From contig JWZX01002021.1 of assembly GCA_001275005.1 (NCBI GenBank), positions 1-49,042 on the forward strand: a stretch of DNA of 49,042 nt, read 5' to 3'. The notes under the pieces were generated by a model that was not told the origin of the DNA, ran no database searches, and saw nothing but the letters and a program-made list of their open reading frames with translations. The position numbers and the translations under genes are program-made. This stretch comes from Chrysochromulina tobinii (Eukaryota). The first letter of the stretch is position 1. Every line of letters starts with the position of its first letter. Below, piece by piece: positions 10,901 through 19,902 of the stretch.

Positions 10901-12184
10901 CGCCTCGGGCTCCTCTTTGAGTTTGGGACGCACCGCTCTTGGCGGCTCTTCCAAATTGAACGGATCCAGCGCATCAAACTCTTTGGCCATCTGCTCGAGC
11001 TGCGCCTGTGTCGCGTCCGCGCGCCCGCGCAGCTCATTGTACATCTCGTGCAGCGAGCTCGTGGATGCGTGCCAGACAGCGAGCTCGGACAAGTGAACCT
11101 CGGACAAGCCGCGCAGCGAGGCATGCCAAGGGCCTCGTACTCGACGGTCGGGTCGTTCCGGATCGGCCTCGCCGACGTGGCACTGGTCATCGAGGACGAG
11201 CTCGGACGTGACCTCCACATGCCGCCGGTGCTGCGCGAGGAGTGCCCTCATCTCGGCATTCTCGCGTCGTAGGCGCCCGGCGACCGACGCGGCCTTGGCT
11301 GAAACGGCTGAAACGGCTGAAACCCTCGCCCGCTCGACTCTCGCGTTCGATGGCGACGCGGCCGGCGCGCCGTGTTGACCGTCGAGGTCCGCCGCCGCCG
11401 CCTTCTCGCCCAGCCCGGCCAGGTGCTCGAGCAGCTCCTTAACTGCCTTGTCCTCAGCTTGGCCGCCATCGAGAAGCTGCCCGACGCGTCGCAGCCAGCA
11501 CATCTCTGTCTCCGCGGGCACGCGTGTGGTCGCGCCGGCTAGCGGACCGGCCGGCATGCCGGTCGCTGGCACGTCCGAGCCGCCTACAAGCCGATCAACG
11601 TACGTGCGATTGGCAAGAGCCGTCACGAGCGGGACCGTACCAACCACGTGCGAGACCCCAGGGGAGAGCACGCGCGGCGGTCGACCCAGGCTCTGGCGCA
11701 CCGTCGAGGGCGTTGGCAAGGGCCTCTTGGCCGCCGAGCTCAGCGTCGCACCCATCGCCTCCTCGGGTCGCCGGTGCGCGAGAAGCAGGCCCTCGTCTGG
11801 CGGCGGCGGGCGCTTGAAGCCGAGAACAGCATCTAGGAGCTCGAGCCGTCCAGCGACGAGCTGTATCGCGCTCGAGCTCTGGCGCAACGCTGGGCTGCGC
11901 CACGCCGCGCGGCCCGCCACTGGTGCAGTGTTGCCACTGCTGTGCAATATCATCACCGTGTCGCTTGCCGAGCGTGAGAGTACGGGCGCCCGCCTCCTCT
12001 GCGTTCGCTCGTGCAGGGTCCTGCCTATGCTCTCGGGTTGGCCAAAAGTCAGTTGCTGCGCAGTGAAAGTCGGTTGCAGCGGAGGTGCCCTGTGCTGTGG
12101 CGCTTGCTGTCGCTGTTTGAGGTGGCGGAGGAGGAGGCGGTCGTAACCGATGACTTCGGAGGGGAATGGCCCGGGCACCGGCAT
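7984..12184 (-). CDS. Two-exon hypothetical coiled-coil/low-complexity protein (~1380 aa; exons 12184-10901 and 10836-7984)
   Basis: ORFs 10889..12208 and 7984..10878 join in phase 0 across a 64-nt intron. Long E/A/R/Q heptad-rich segments. The 12208 start is GTG; first ATG is 12184. No family recognised. Confidence 0.7.
10837..10900 (-). other. Spliceosomal intron, probable GC-AG, 64 nt, made of 10-nt repeats
   Basis: GCG|GCGCGT...CTGATTGCCT CTGAGTGCCT CCGAGTGCCT CTGAGTGCCT CCCTCATTGCATGCAG|GTG. It contains the stop of the upstream ORF, and its removal restores the frame. Confidence 0.75.
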
Positions 12185-12453
12185 CACGGGAAAACCGGCG
12201 GTAGCCACTCGGAAGCCCGTTTTGTCACGTCAGTCCAAGTCAGGAGAGGGCGGAATTGCGGACGTGACTTCGTTGACTTCGCAAGTCCTGCTTCTTCGAG
12301 TTGGGTTGAGGAGGAGCCAGGACGAACCTGCCAAACCAGTGACTCCGTGTCTGAATCCGATTCATGTTCACACTTGAGGAATTTTTCCGAATTTCGTCGT
12401 CTACCTGTCGCGTTCGCGAATTTCGTGCGTCCCACCGACCCTTGTAGCGCTCG

Positions 12454-15400
12454 ATGTCGCAAGACTCAAGCGAGTTTCAAGGCATGTTTCAAGGCAACCC
12501 GATACGCGACTACGGCATGATCAGCTTCGCCTCCTCCAAGAAGAGTAAAGCCAACTTCGTACGTGTCTCATCAGGCATCAATGTCCACAAAATGCAGAAA
12601 TACATAGTCAAGCATTGGAAGCTGTGTGAGCCCGGCATTGTCGTGCAGGTCACCGGCTCGGCGCAAGGCTTTGACCTGCCCGCGAAGCTGATCAAGCCCA
12701 TCACCGAGGGCATCGTCGAAGTCGCAGGCACGGCGAAGGCATGGGTAATCACCGGCGGGCTCGACGCAGGCGTGATGTCGCTCGTGGGCACGGCGCTCGC
12801 GCGCTGGCGCCACAAGTGCGAGAATGTACCGGTCATCGGCATCGCGAGCTGGCGTGCTGTCACCGAAAAGGAACGGTTGGAGAACGCATGTGGTAACAAG
12901 GTGCAATACTGGGCGAGCAAGCCCAACGACAAGGAAACGGCGTCGCTCGAGCCGAACCACACCGGCTTCTTGCTTGTGGACAACCCTACGACCAAATCCA
13001 ACTTTGGCGGCGAATTGACGATGTTGCACGCGCTCCTGGCAGAGCTCAAACTCGACTACGGCGCACCGACGGTGCTGGTGGTGATCCAGGGCGGCAAGGG
13101 GACCCTCCAGACTGTCATGGGAGCACTCCGGTCTGGGATCGTGTGCGTGCTCGCCGCCGACTCGGGCCAGTGCGCCGGCGCCATCGCCCACTTCGTCAAG
13201 ACGGGCGAGGCGATGGAGGGCTGGCAGGATCAGCGAGCGTCCTTCGACGAGCTCAAACAGATCAACCTCGCCGCCGCGACCAAGGATGAGCTCAAGGGCA
13301 CGTTCAACGACGAGTGGCCGCTGCTCAACCTCTTCTACTTGCGCGGGCGCGACAACATCTCCGAGGTCATCCTGAACGCCGTGATGAAGCAGAGCCCCAT
13401 CGCTCTACAGCTCAAGTTCGCCGTCGCGTGGGACCGAAAAGACATGCTCGAGGAGTTGCTCGGTTCGATCGGCGCGTACCATTCGAAACGTATCGACCTG
13501 ATGCGTGACACGCTGCAGCACGCTCTAGAGCTCGAGCGGCCCGAGATGGTCAAGATCTGCTTCCATTACGGCGCGCCCACGAAGGAGATCAACATCTTGA
13601 AGCTCCACAAGATGCTCCTGGATCCTGAGAGGTGCCGCTATTCGCTCTTCGAGAAACCGGTTCAGGAGGTCAGAAGCGGCGAGCTGGCCAAGTCTGTCAG
13701 AAAGCCTCAGCAGCCCTATAGCCCCGGCTCGCTCTCCAAGGTGCGAGCCGTCATGGCCTTGGCCGCTGGAAAGGGGTTGACCCAAGGACCCCGTGCGCGC
13801 CAGCCGATGGAATGGCATCGAGACAACCTGAAGGCGGGGGTGGACAAGATCGTCAACGTCAACAGGGCGTCGAAGCTCGCGGCCGAGGCCCATGAGCGGC
13901 TGACACCGCCGCCCTCGCCGCCTGGCTACGGCAACACGAACGGCTACGATGCTGCCATGGGCGAGGATGAGCCAGCTGCCGAATACCACTACAGCCAGGG
14001 GCAGGTCGTCGCCTCGGCCACCTACCAGCCGCCGCCGCCCGCGCGCCGCGCCGCCGCTGCCGCCGCCGTGCGACCTGGGGGAGCAGGAAGTCGCCCAGCA
14101 CAAACCTGGCGCCCAAATCTGCAGCAGCACCAGCATCAGCAGCATCAGCAGCATCAGCAGCACGTTGGCATGAATGGCGGCGGCTACCAGGCGCTCGGTG
14201 GGCATCCATATGAGGGTGCTCATGAGCACCAGAGCGCACCGCGGCACATCACGCGCAACGGCGAGGGCACGCAGCCTGCCGCACGGCCGCAGCGCCCCAT
14301 GCGCGCGCCGTCGGTTCCCAAGGGACACGTGTCAAGAGACCCGTCGCCGAGAGACGGTCGGCCAAGGGACCCGTCGCCGAGGGACGCGAGACCCCAGGGG
14401 GGTGGGCAGGGGGTTGGAGCGCCGACCTGCGTGACGGCGTTCGCCCCACATAAGTTCGAGTCTGCGCCGGCGTACGAGCCGGTGTATGAGCCGGTGTATG
14501 AGCAAGTCTACGGCGGTGGCGGCGGGCCGGTCGAGGAGATGCGAGCGGCGCCGTATGAGTCGGCCGGGTATGAGCAATGGCCGCCCGCGCAGCAGCCGGG
14601 CACCAACTCGACCAACGGCCGGCGCATCCAGCGTGCTACGCTGCCCGCGCGCCGTCCCACAGCACGCGCGCCACCCCCGGCGGACGACGGCTGGTTGTAT
14701 GACAATGCCAGCTCGCACGATGCCTCGTACGAGCCCGAGCCGCCGTCACAGGCGCAGCAGTATCCTACGATGTACGAGCCCCCGCCCCACGGATACGGCG
14801 AGCACCCCGCCGTCGAGCAGATGCCCCTGCAGCCGCCACCACAGCAGCAGCCGCCGCTACCGAAGCAGCCGCATCAGCCGTCTCAGCCGGGTTCACCGTA
14901 CCAGCCGCCGCCACCGCCGCCGCCCGCTGAGATGCCGGCGCCGTTTCTGCGCTCGCCGCCCGAGCGACAGTGTTCGCCCGAAAAGACAGCGGAGGCCCAG
15001 TCACGCTCCACAGCCTCGACGATACCGCCACGTGTGCGCGTGCCAGATGATGAGCCATCGCACCAGCCGCGGTTTGGGCGCGAGGTCATCGCCAACAGGC
15101 GAGCCAGCTTCGTCGCGGGCACCACGAAGCGCGCGAAGAATGAGAGCCTGGTCAACGAGCTCACTATGGGCGACATTTACCCGCCCGAGGTGATCGACTT
15201 CCTCATCAGGGTCACGCCCGGGTTAATCTCGTACTGGGAGCGCAAGATCGAGTCCAAGAATTACAAGCGCAGGTATGAAGTGAAGAGAGGGATGCCGATC
15301 GAGGAAGCTGAGAAGGAGATCCGGCTGGGCATCCGCGCACTTGACCTGTACATATGGGCTGTGCTGCTCGGGAACACCGAGCTCGCCACGGCGCTGGCCC

Positions 15401-17355
15401 AGGCTTCGGAAGAGCCCGTGCGCGGTGCGCTCCTCGGCGCGTGCATCTGCAAACGCATGGCCGAGATGCTGCCCATCGAATCCAAGGCTCTGGAGGAAGC
15501 CGCGGTGGTGCACGAGCATTTTGCGATCGATATCATCGAGCTGTGCTCGACCTACCAAGAGGCCTCCACCATCCTTCTCTGTCCGAACAAGCATTGGAAC
15601 CGGACCGTGCTGCAACTCGCCGTCTTCAACGGCATGAAGCACTTCGTGGCACACCGGCACTGCCAGAACCTGACAACCCGTGCCAACTTTGGTGATGTCG
15701 AGCTCGAAGGGGTGGCCGAATCGGACAGATGCTACGCGATGCTGCCTGCGCACTTCGTGCGCGAGCCGTCCCGCTGGCACACTTTGGTCATCGTCCTGCA
15801 GGCCATCTGCCCGCCTGCACCCTTGATCGAGCTCGTGCGCGCGCCGCGCTGCCCGCCGGAACGGCGCCTGGCCTGGTTCGACTTTTACAAGATCCCGCAC
15901 GTGAAGAAGCTGCTGCGGACGGCGTGCTACCACCTCTACGCGGCGCTCTTCGCGGTGGTCGTCGTCGGCCAAAAGTGGGAGGGCGTCGCCGGCTGGTCCT
16001 TTCTCGGGCTGGAGCCAACGTACCTGCTCGCAATCTGGACGATCTCGCTCGTCCTCGACGAGTGGGCTCAATGGGTGGTCAACCCGAGCACCTTCGAGCT
16101 GGAACTGTGGAACAGGTATGACTACACCAACCTGAGCATCACCGTGATCGGCCTCTTCCTGCGCCTGGGCCCCATGGAACCTAACCAGATCGCCGACGTG
16201 ATCGAGGGTATCTTCGCGGTCGGCCACTCCGCCGCAATGTCCGTAGCTGGGGTGGCCGTGGAGGCTGGCATTGTGTCAGGGAGCGTCGACGAGGCCGCCG
16301 CCGCCATGCGCGCACTGCGTAGCCACGGCGGCAGCAGCAGCTACACGCCCGGCGACGAGGACCCGCCGGACCAGCTCACGCAGCGTGAGCTGGATGGCCA
16401 CTGGCTCGACCTGCGCGGCCTCGATCACGGGATGCTGGCCGCGGTCAACGTGATGGTCTGGATCCGCGTGCTGCAGCACTACTCATCGCTGCGGGGCGTG
16501 GGCGTGCTCATCATCATGATCATCGAGATGCTCTCGGACATGCAGCTTTGGATGGTGCTCTCGTCCATCTTTTTGATTGCCTTCGCCATCACCTTCGCCG
16601 CCATCGCGGAGGACGCCGACGAGCCCTACGAAGCCCTCGTCTCCCCGGTGTGGGGAATGCTCGGCGAGCTCAACATCGAGCGTGTGGACCAAACGTCGGG
16701 CAAGCTCGGCCTGTCGGTGCTCTGGGTCTACGCGCTCATCTCGAATGTGCTGCTCGTCAACCTGCTGATCGCGATGATGGGCGACACGTATGGACGGGTC
16801 AAGGAGGCGGCGGACGTGGAGTGGAAGTTTGGGCGCGTCAGCGCGGTGCTCGAGTTCATCGAGCGCGCCTACGCGGTGCCGCCACCCTTCTCGCTCCCCT
16901 TGCTCGCATACCGTTTTGTCTGGTGGGCCACGTGCGAGTTTTACAATCGCATCATCTGCTGCGGCGAATCATCCGCTTTAGGTAAGTGCGGCCCGTATGG
17001 CAACCACAGCGGCAACAAGTATGCCCTGGTCGACGCGGACGGCGACGGCAACATGGACGAAGAGAATCTCGAGTGGAATGTGGGCGGCCGGCTGTGGCTC
17101 CTCAAGCGCGAGCGCCAGCGCGTGTCGACGCTCGCGCTCCAAAATTACAAGAAGGCGGCGGATGAGAAGGAGGACTCGTCGTCGGACGGTCGACTGCGTC
17201 GTATCGAAACCCTGGTCGAGGAGCTCCTCATCTTCAGCGAGGAGAACGAGCGCGAGGTCCTGCGCGTGGCACAGGGGCTCGAGCAGGTCCGAAGCAGCGG
17301 CGGCGCCGGCAGCGCTCGCAAGCGCACGTCAAAGGGGTCCGAGTTGCCCGCGTGA
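12454..17355 (+). CDS. TRPM-like cation channel (SLOG/MHR N-terminus, 6-TM ion transport domain, TRP helix), 1633 aa
   Basis: VQVTGSA, AWVITGGLDAGVM, IGIASW, LEPNHTGFLLVDN, VLVVIQGG; YIWAVLLGNTELA; LQLAV...KHFVAHRHCQ; S6/TRP box NVLLVNLLIAMMGDTYGRVKEAADVEWKFGR. Confidence 0.92.
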   Translation: MSQDSSEFQGMFQGNPIRDYGMISFASSKKSKANFVRVSSGINVHKMQKYIVKHWKLCEPGIVVQVTGSAQGFDLPAKLIKPITEGIVEVAGTAKAWVITGGLDAGVMSLVGTALARWRHKCENVPVIGIASWRAVTEKERLENACGNKVQYWASKPNDKETASLEPNHTGFLLVDNPTTKSNFGGELTMLHALLAELKLDYGAPTVLVVIQGGKGTLQTVMGALRSGIVCVLAADSGQCAGAIAHFVKTGEAMEGWQDQRASFDELKQINLAAATKDELKGTFNDEWPLLNLFYLRGRDNISEVILNAVMKQSPIALQLKFAVAWDRKDMLEELLGSIGAYHSKRIDLMRDTLQHALELERPEMVKICFHYGAPTKEINILKLHKMLLDPERCRYSLFEKPVQEVRSGELAKSVRKPQQPYSPGSLSKVRAVMALAAGKGLTQGPRARQPMEWHRDNLKAGVDKIVNVNRASKLAAEAHERLTPPPSPPGYGNTNGYDAAMGEDEPAAEYHYSQGQVVASATYQPPPPARRAAAAAAVRPGGAGSRPAQTWRPNLQQHQHQQHQQHQQHVGMNGGGYQALGGHPYEGAHEHQSAPRHITRNGEGTQPAARPQRPMRAPSVPKGHVSRDPSPRDGRPRDPSPRDARPQGGGQGVGAPTCVTAFAPHKFESAPAYEPVYEPVYEQVYGGGGGPVEEMRAAPYESAGYEQWPPAQQPGTNSTNGRRIQRATLPARRPTARAPPPADDGWLYDNASSHDASYEPEPPSQAQQYPTMYEPPPHGYGEHPAVEQMPLQPPPQQQPPLPKQPHQPSQPGSPYQPPPPPPPAEMPAPFLRSPPERQCSPEKTAEAQSRSTASTIPPRVRVPDDEPSHQPRFGREVIANRRASFVAGTTKRAKNESLVNELTMGDIYPPEVIDFLIRVTPGLISYWERKIESKNYKRRYEVKRGMPIEEAEKEIRLGIRALDLYIWAVLLGNTELATALAQASEEPVRGALLGACICKRMAEMLPIESKALEEAAVVHEHFAIDIIELCSTYQEASTILLCPNKHWNRTVLQLAVFNGMKHFVAHRHCQNLTTRANFGDVELEGVAESDRCYAMLPAHFVREPSRWHTLVIVLQAICPPAPLIELVRAPRCPPERRLAWFDFYKIPHVKKLLRTACYHLYAALFAVVVVGQKWEGVAGWSFLGLEPTYLLAIWTISLVLDEWAQWVVNPSTFELELWNRYDYTNLSITVIGLFLRLGPMEPNQIADVIEGIFAVGHSAAMSVAGVAVEAGIVSGSVDEAAAAMRALRSHGGSSSYTPGDEDPPDQLTQRELDGHWLDLRGLDHGMLAAVNVMVWIRVLQHYSSLRGVGVLIIMIIEMLSDMQLWMVLSSIFLIAFAITFAAIAEDADEPYEALVSPVWGMLGELNIERVDQTSGKLGLSVLWVYALISNVLLVNLLIAMMGDTYGRVKEAADVEWKFGRVSAVLEFIERAYAVPPPFSLPLLAYRFVWWATCEFYNRIICCGESSALGKCGPYGNHSGNKYALVDADGDGNMDEENLEWNVGGRLWLLKRERQRVSTLALQNYKKAADEKEDSSSDGRLRRIETLVEELLIFSEENEREVLRVAQGLEQVRSSGGAGSARKRTSKGSELPA

Positions 17356-17666
17356 TGTCAAAATTGAGTTCAGCCCCAGCTTAAGCCCCAGCCCGTCTCA
17401 GTGAGCGCTGTGAGTCTTTAGTACTATTTTGAAGAGTGTGGAATGAAATCAAGCGGAAACCACTTGGCTCATGCTAATCTTTCCGAAATGAATTTCCCAC
17501 ACAGACCAGCTCCGAAGGAGCACGATGGGCGTTTGGGCGTCGACCTGGTAGTACGTGAGAAAAAAGGGGTTCACACGTCTTAACATGCCCTGTGTGGCTG
17601 TGGAGTCGTCTCTTTCTCTCTTCTGTGGAGTTGGTGTGGAGGAACAGTGCGGGCGGGGGTCCCCAG

Positions 17667-19190
17667 ATGGATAACATCCTCGACGCGAGCGCGCTAATGG
17701 CCGCAGTGGTCGACGACTCGGGCTACGGGGGCAACGACACAGACGCCGGGTCAATGGTGCACGTGGAGCATCATGTCTCATATGCACCCAACAGTATGGA
17801 GCGGCAGGCCGTATACACGTCGCACAGCATGGAGCAGCAGCCCGCGTACGCCTTGCACGGCATGGAGCAGCATTATGGCTACCCGCCACACGGCGTCGAG
17901 CATCAGCCTGCCTACGTGTCGCACGGTATGGAGCAGCAGCATGTGTACGCGCCGCAGCACGGCGTTGCCGCTGAGCAGCCGCCGGGCTACCCGCCGCATG
18001 GCGTCGATCAGCACTCTGCCTATGCGCCGCACGGTATGGAGCAGCAGCAGCACGCATACGCGCCGCAGGCCATCGAGCAGGAGCATCATCATCAGCAACA
18101 GCAGCCGGCTGGCTTCATGCCGCCGGCTGGCTACGCGCCGCCGGCCGGCTACGCGCCGCCGACCGGCTACCCGCCGGCGGCCGGCTACGCGGCACCAACC
18201 GGCTACGCGCAGCCGGCCGGCTACGCGGCACCAACCGGCTACATGCCGTTGGCTGGCTACGCGCAGCCGGCCATGGAGCAGTCACAGGCCGGCTACGGTG
18301 TCACGCACTCACAAGAGGCGGGTACGGAGACGATCTTGCTCGCGGAGGTCGATCCGGGCATGGCTGCGATGGCCACGGCGGAGCGACATGGCGAGCAGAT
18401 GCCAACTTTGGGACAGATGCCGCCGCCCAAGATCAAGGGCAAGACCATGAAGAAGCTCGCACCGCGCGTGACCGCGCCCCGTTGGACCGACAATCGAATC
18501 AAGGAGGCTGGCCGACCGTGCTACCGGTGCAACGGCTACGGTGGCAAGTGCATGGAGGCGCGCCCTATGACCGAGGGTGGTAAGTGGGCCAAGCACAACC
18601 TCTCGCCCAAGGACATGCTAGATCGCGCGACGGACAAGCGGCACTGCGGCCAGTGCAAGATACCCATTCCCGAGGAGCTCGAGCGCTACGGAGTGCCCGC
18701 GGCTCCCGGCGCGGGTTTTGGACCGGCAGGCAGTGGCGCCACCGCCGACCGACTCAACCCGCAGGTGAGGTACCCGGGGTTCCTGGCCAGCTCTCGTATG
18801 ACCCTCCCGATGGCCTCGGACGCCGCAGAGTCGGCCGCCGCAGCGAGCCTCGTGCCGCTCGTCGATGCGGCCGTCGTGCAACTCGAGCAGACGCATGAGG
18901 GCGTGTTGCACGACTCGATCGCTGCGGCACTGAGTCAGGCACCCTCCACACTGGGAAATGAGGGAGCGCCCAGACTGGCAGTGCAGGGTCCGCCGGGCGC
19001 GCAGCTCCATCACGAGCCTCCCACACCCTCCCTAGAACTCGCCCTGCCATCGCACTCGATCACGCCGTTCGCGCCGCCGCCGCTTCCTGTAGGCGAATCT
19101 TTCGGTGCGCTCGCGCACGGCGGGGCCGACGAGTCGCCAGCGAAGCGCTCACGCCACGATGGGCACGAGCCTAGCTTCCTGCCCAGCTGA
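17667..19190 (+). CDS. Hypothetical protein (507 aa) with H/Q/Y-rich tandem repeats and a Cys/His cluster (possible zinc-binding nuclear protein)
   Basis: First ATG at 17667 in the 17592 frame. HGMEQQxxY-type 13-aa repeats, YAxPAG 6-aa repeats, CYRC...C...H...HCGQC and C-terminal PAKRSR. Confidence 0.65.
   Translation: MDNILDASALMAAVVDDSGYGGNDTDAGSMVHVEHHVSYAPNSMERQAVYTSHSMEQQPAYALHGMEQHYGYPPHGVEHQPAYVSHGMEQQHVYAPQHGVAAEQPPGYPPHGVDQHSAYAPHGMEQQQHAYAPQAIEQEHHHQQQQPAGFMPPAGYAPPAGYAPPTGYPPAAGYAAPTGYAQPAGYAAPTGYMPLAGYAQPAMEQSQAGYGVTHSQEAGTETILLAEVDPGMAAMATAERHGEQMPTLGQMPPPKIKGKTMKKLAPRVTAPRWTDNRIKEAGRPCYRCNGYGGKCMEARPMTEGGKWAKHNLSPKDMLDRATDKRHCGQCKIPIPEELERYGVPAAPGAGFGPAGSGATADRLNPQVRYPGFLASSRMTLPMASDAAESAAAASLVPLVDAAVVQLEQTHEGVLHDSIAAALSQAPSTLGNEGAPRLAVQGPPGAQLHHEPPTPSLELALPSHSITPFAPPPLPVGESFGALAHGGADESPAKRSRHDGHEPSFLPS
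17790..18270 (+). repeat. Coding tandem repeats: ~39-nt units followed by 18-nt units (GGCTACGCGCCGCCGGCC-like)
   Basis: Recurrent cacggcatggagcagcag / cacggcgtcgagcatcag and ccggctacgcg units seen directly. Confidence 0.85.
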
Positions 19191-19902
19191 TGGCTCCGAT
19201 GCGAGTATAGACGGGGACGATGCTCATGTGGGGGAAGTGGAACTCGGCTGTGGAACGCGTAAAGGCTGCCCCCGGTGCCCGGAATGGGATGGAAGCGCCA
19301 CGCCGTATAAACGCGGGACCGAACGGGATCATGCCCCGACCCGACGGCCGACGCGACGATTAGCATGGGCTAGCAACACGCAAACCCGGCACCCCCGGGG
19401 CACCCTGAGACGAGTGCGCAGCCGCCATAGTGCATAGACCCGACGCGCCCGGGGCGGCGCGCGAGGCGCGCGCGCGGACGCCGCCGCGCAGAAGAACAGC
19501 AGTAACGAGTAAGTCCGGTCGTAAGAAGATTGCTGTGCAAACACGTTTTAAAATGGGAAACAATGGTTACGGCGCCGCGCGAGCACGCAGCCCCAGCCCG
19601 CACCCCGCAGCCGGGCGTCGGGGCGACACACGCCGACGAAAGTCGAAGTTACGAACTTAAGTGACGGACCCACGACGCGAGTCGTTGACGTACGTGTGTC
19701 GAGTGACTTGTGGTCTGTGGAGAGGTGGCCATGTTGATGCGGGGACCCCACCGCACGGTGAAACGGGCATCGCACCGTCCAAGTGACCACTCCGACAGTG
19801 TCTAGTGTCCAGGTGGCTACATGAGCTGCTCAACCCCGCTCAGGCCGCTGCTTTGTTTGATCACGCTGCGAGTGGGTCCCGTAGGCCGAGTCTGGCGGCT
19901 GT

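Noticed and set aside
17790..18270. Regularly spaced repeats considered as a CRISPR array
   Set aside because: In-frame degenerate coding repeats without unique spacers; eukaryotic context and no cas genes.
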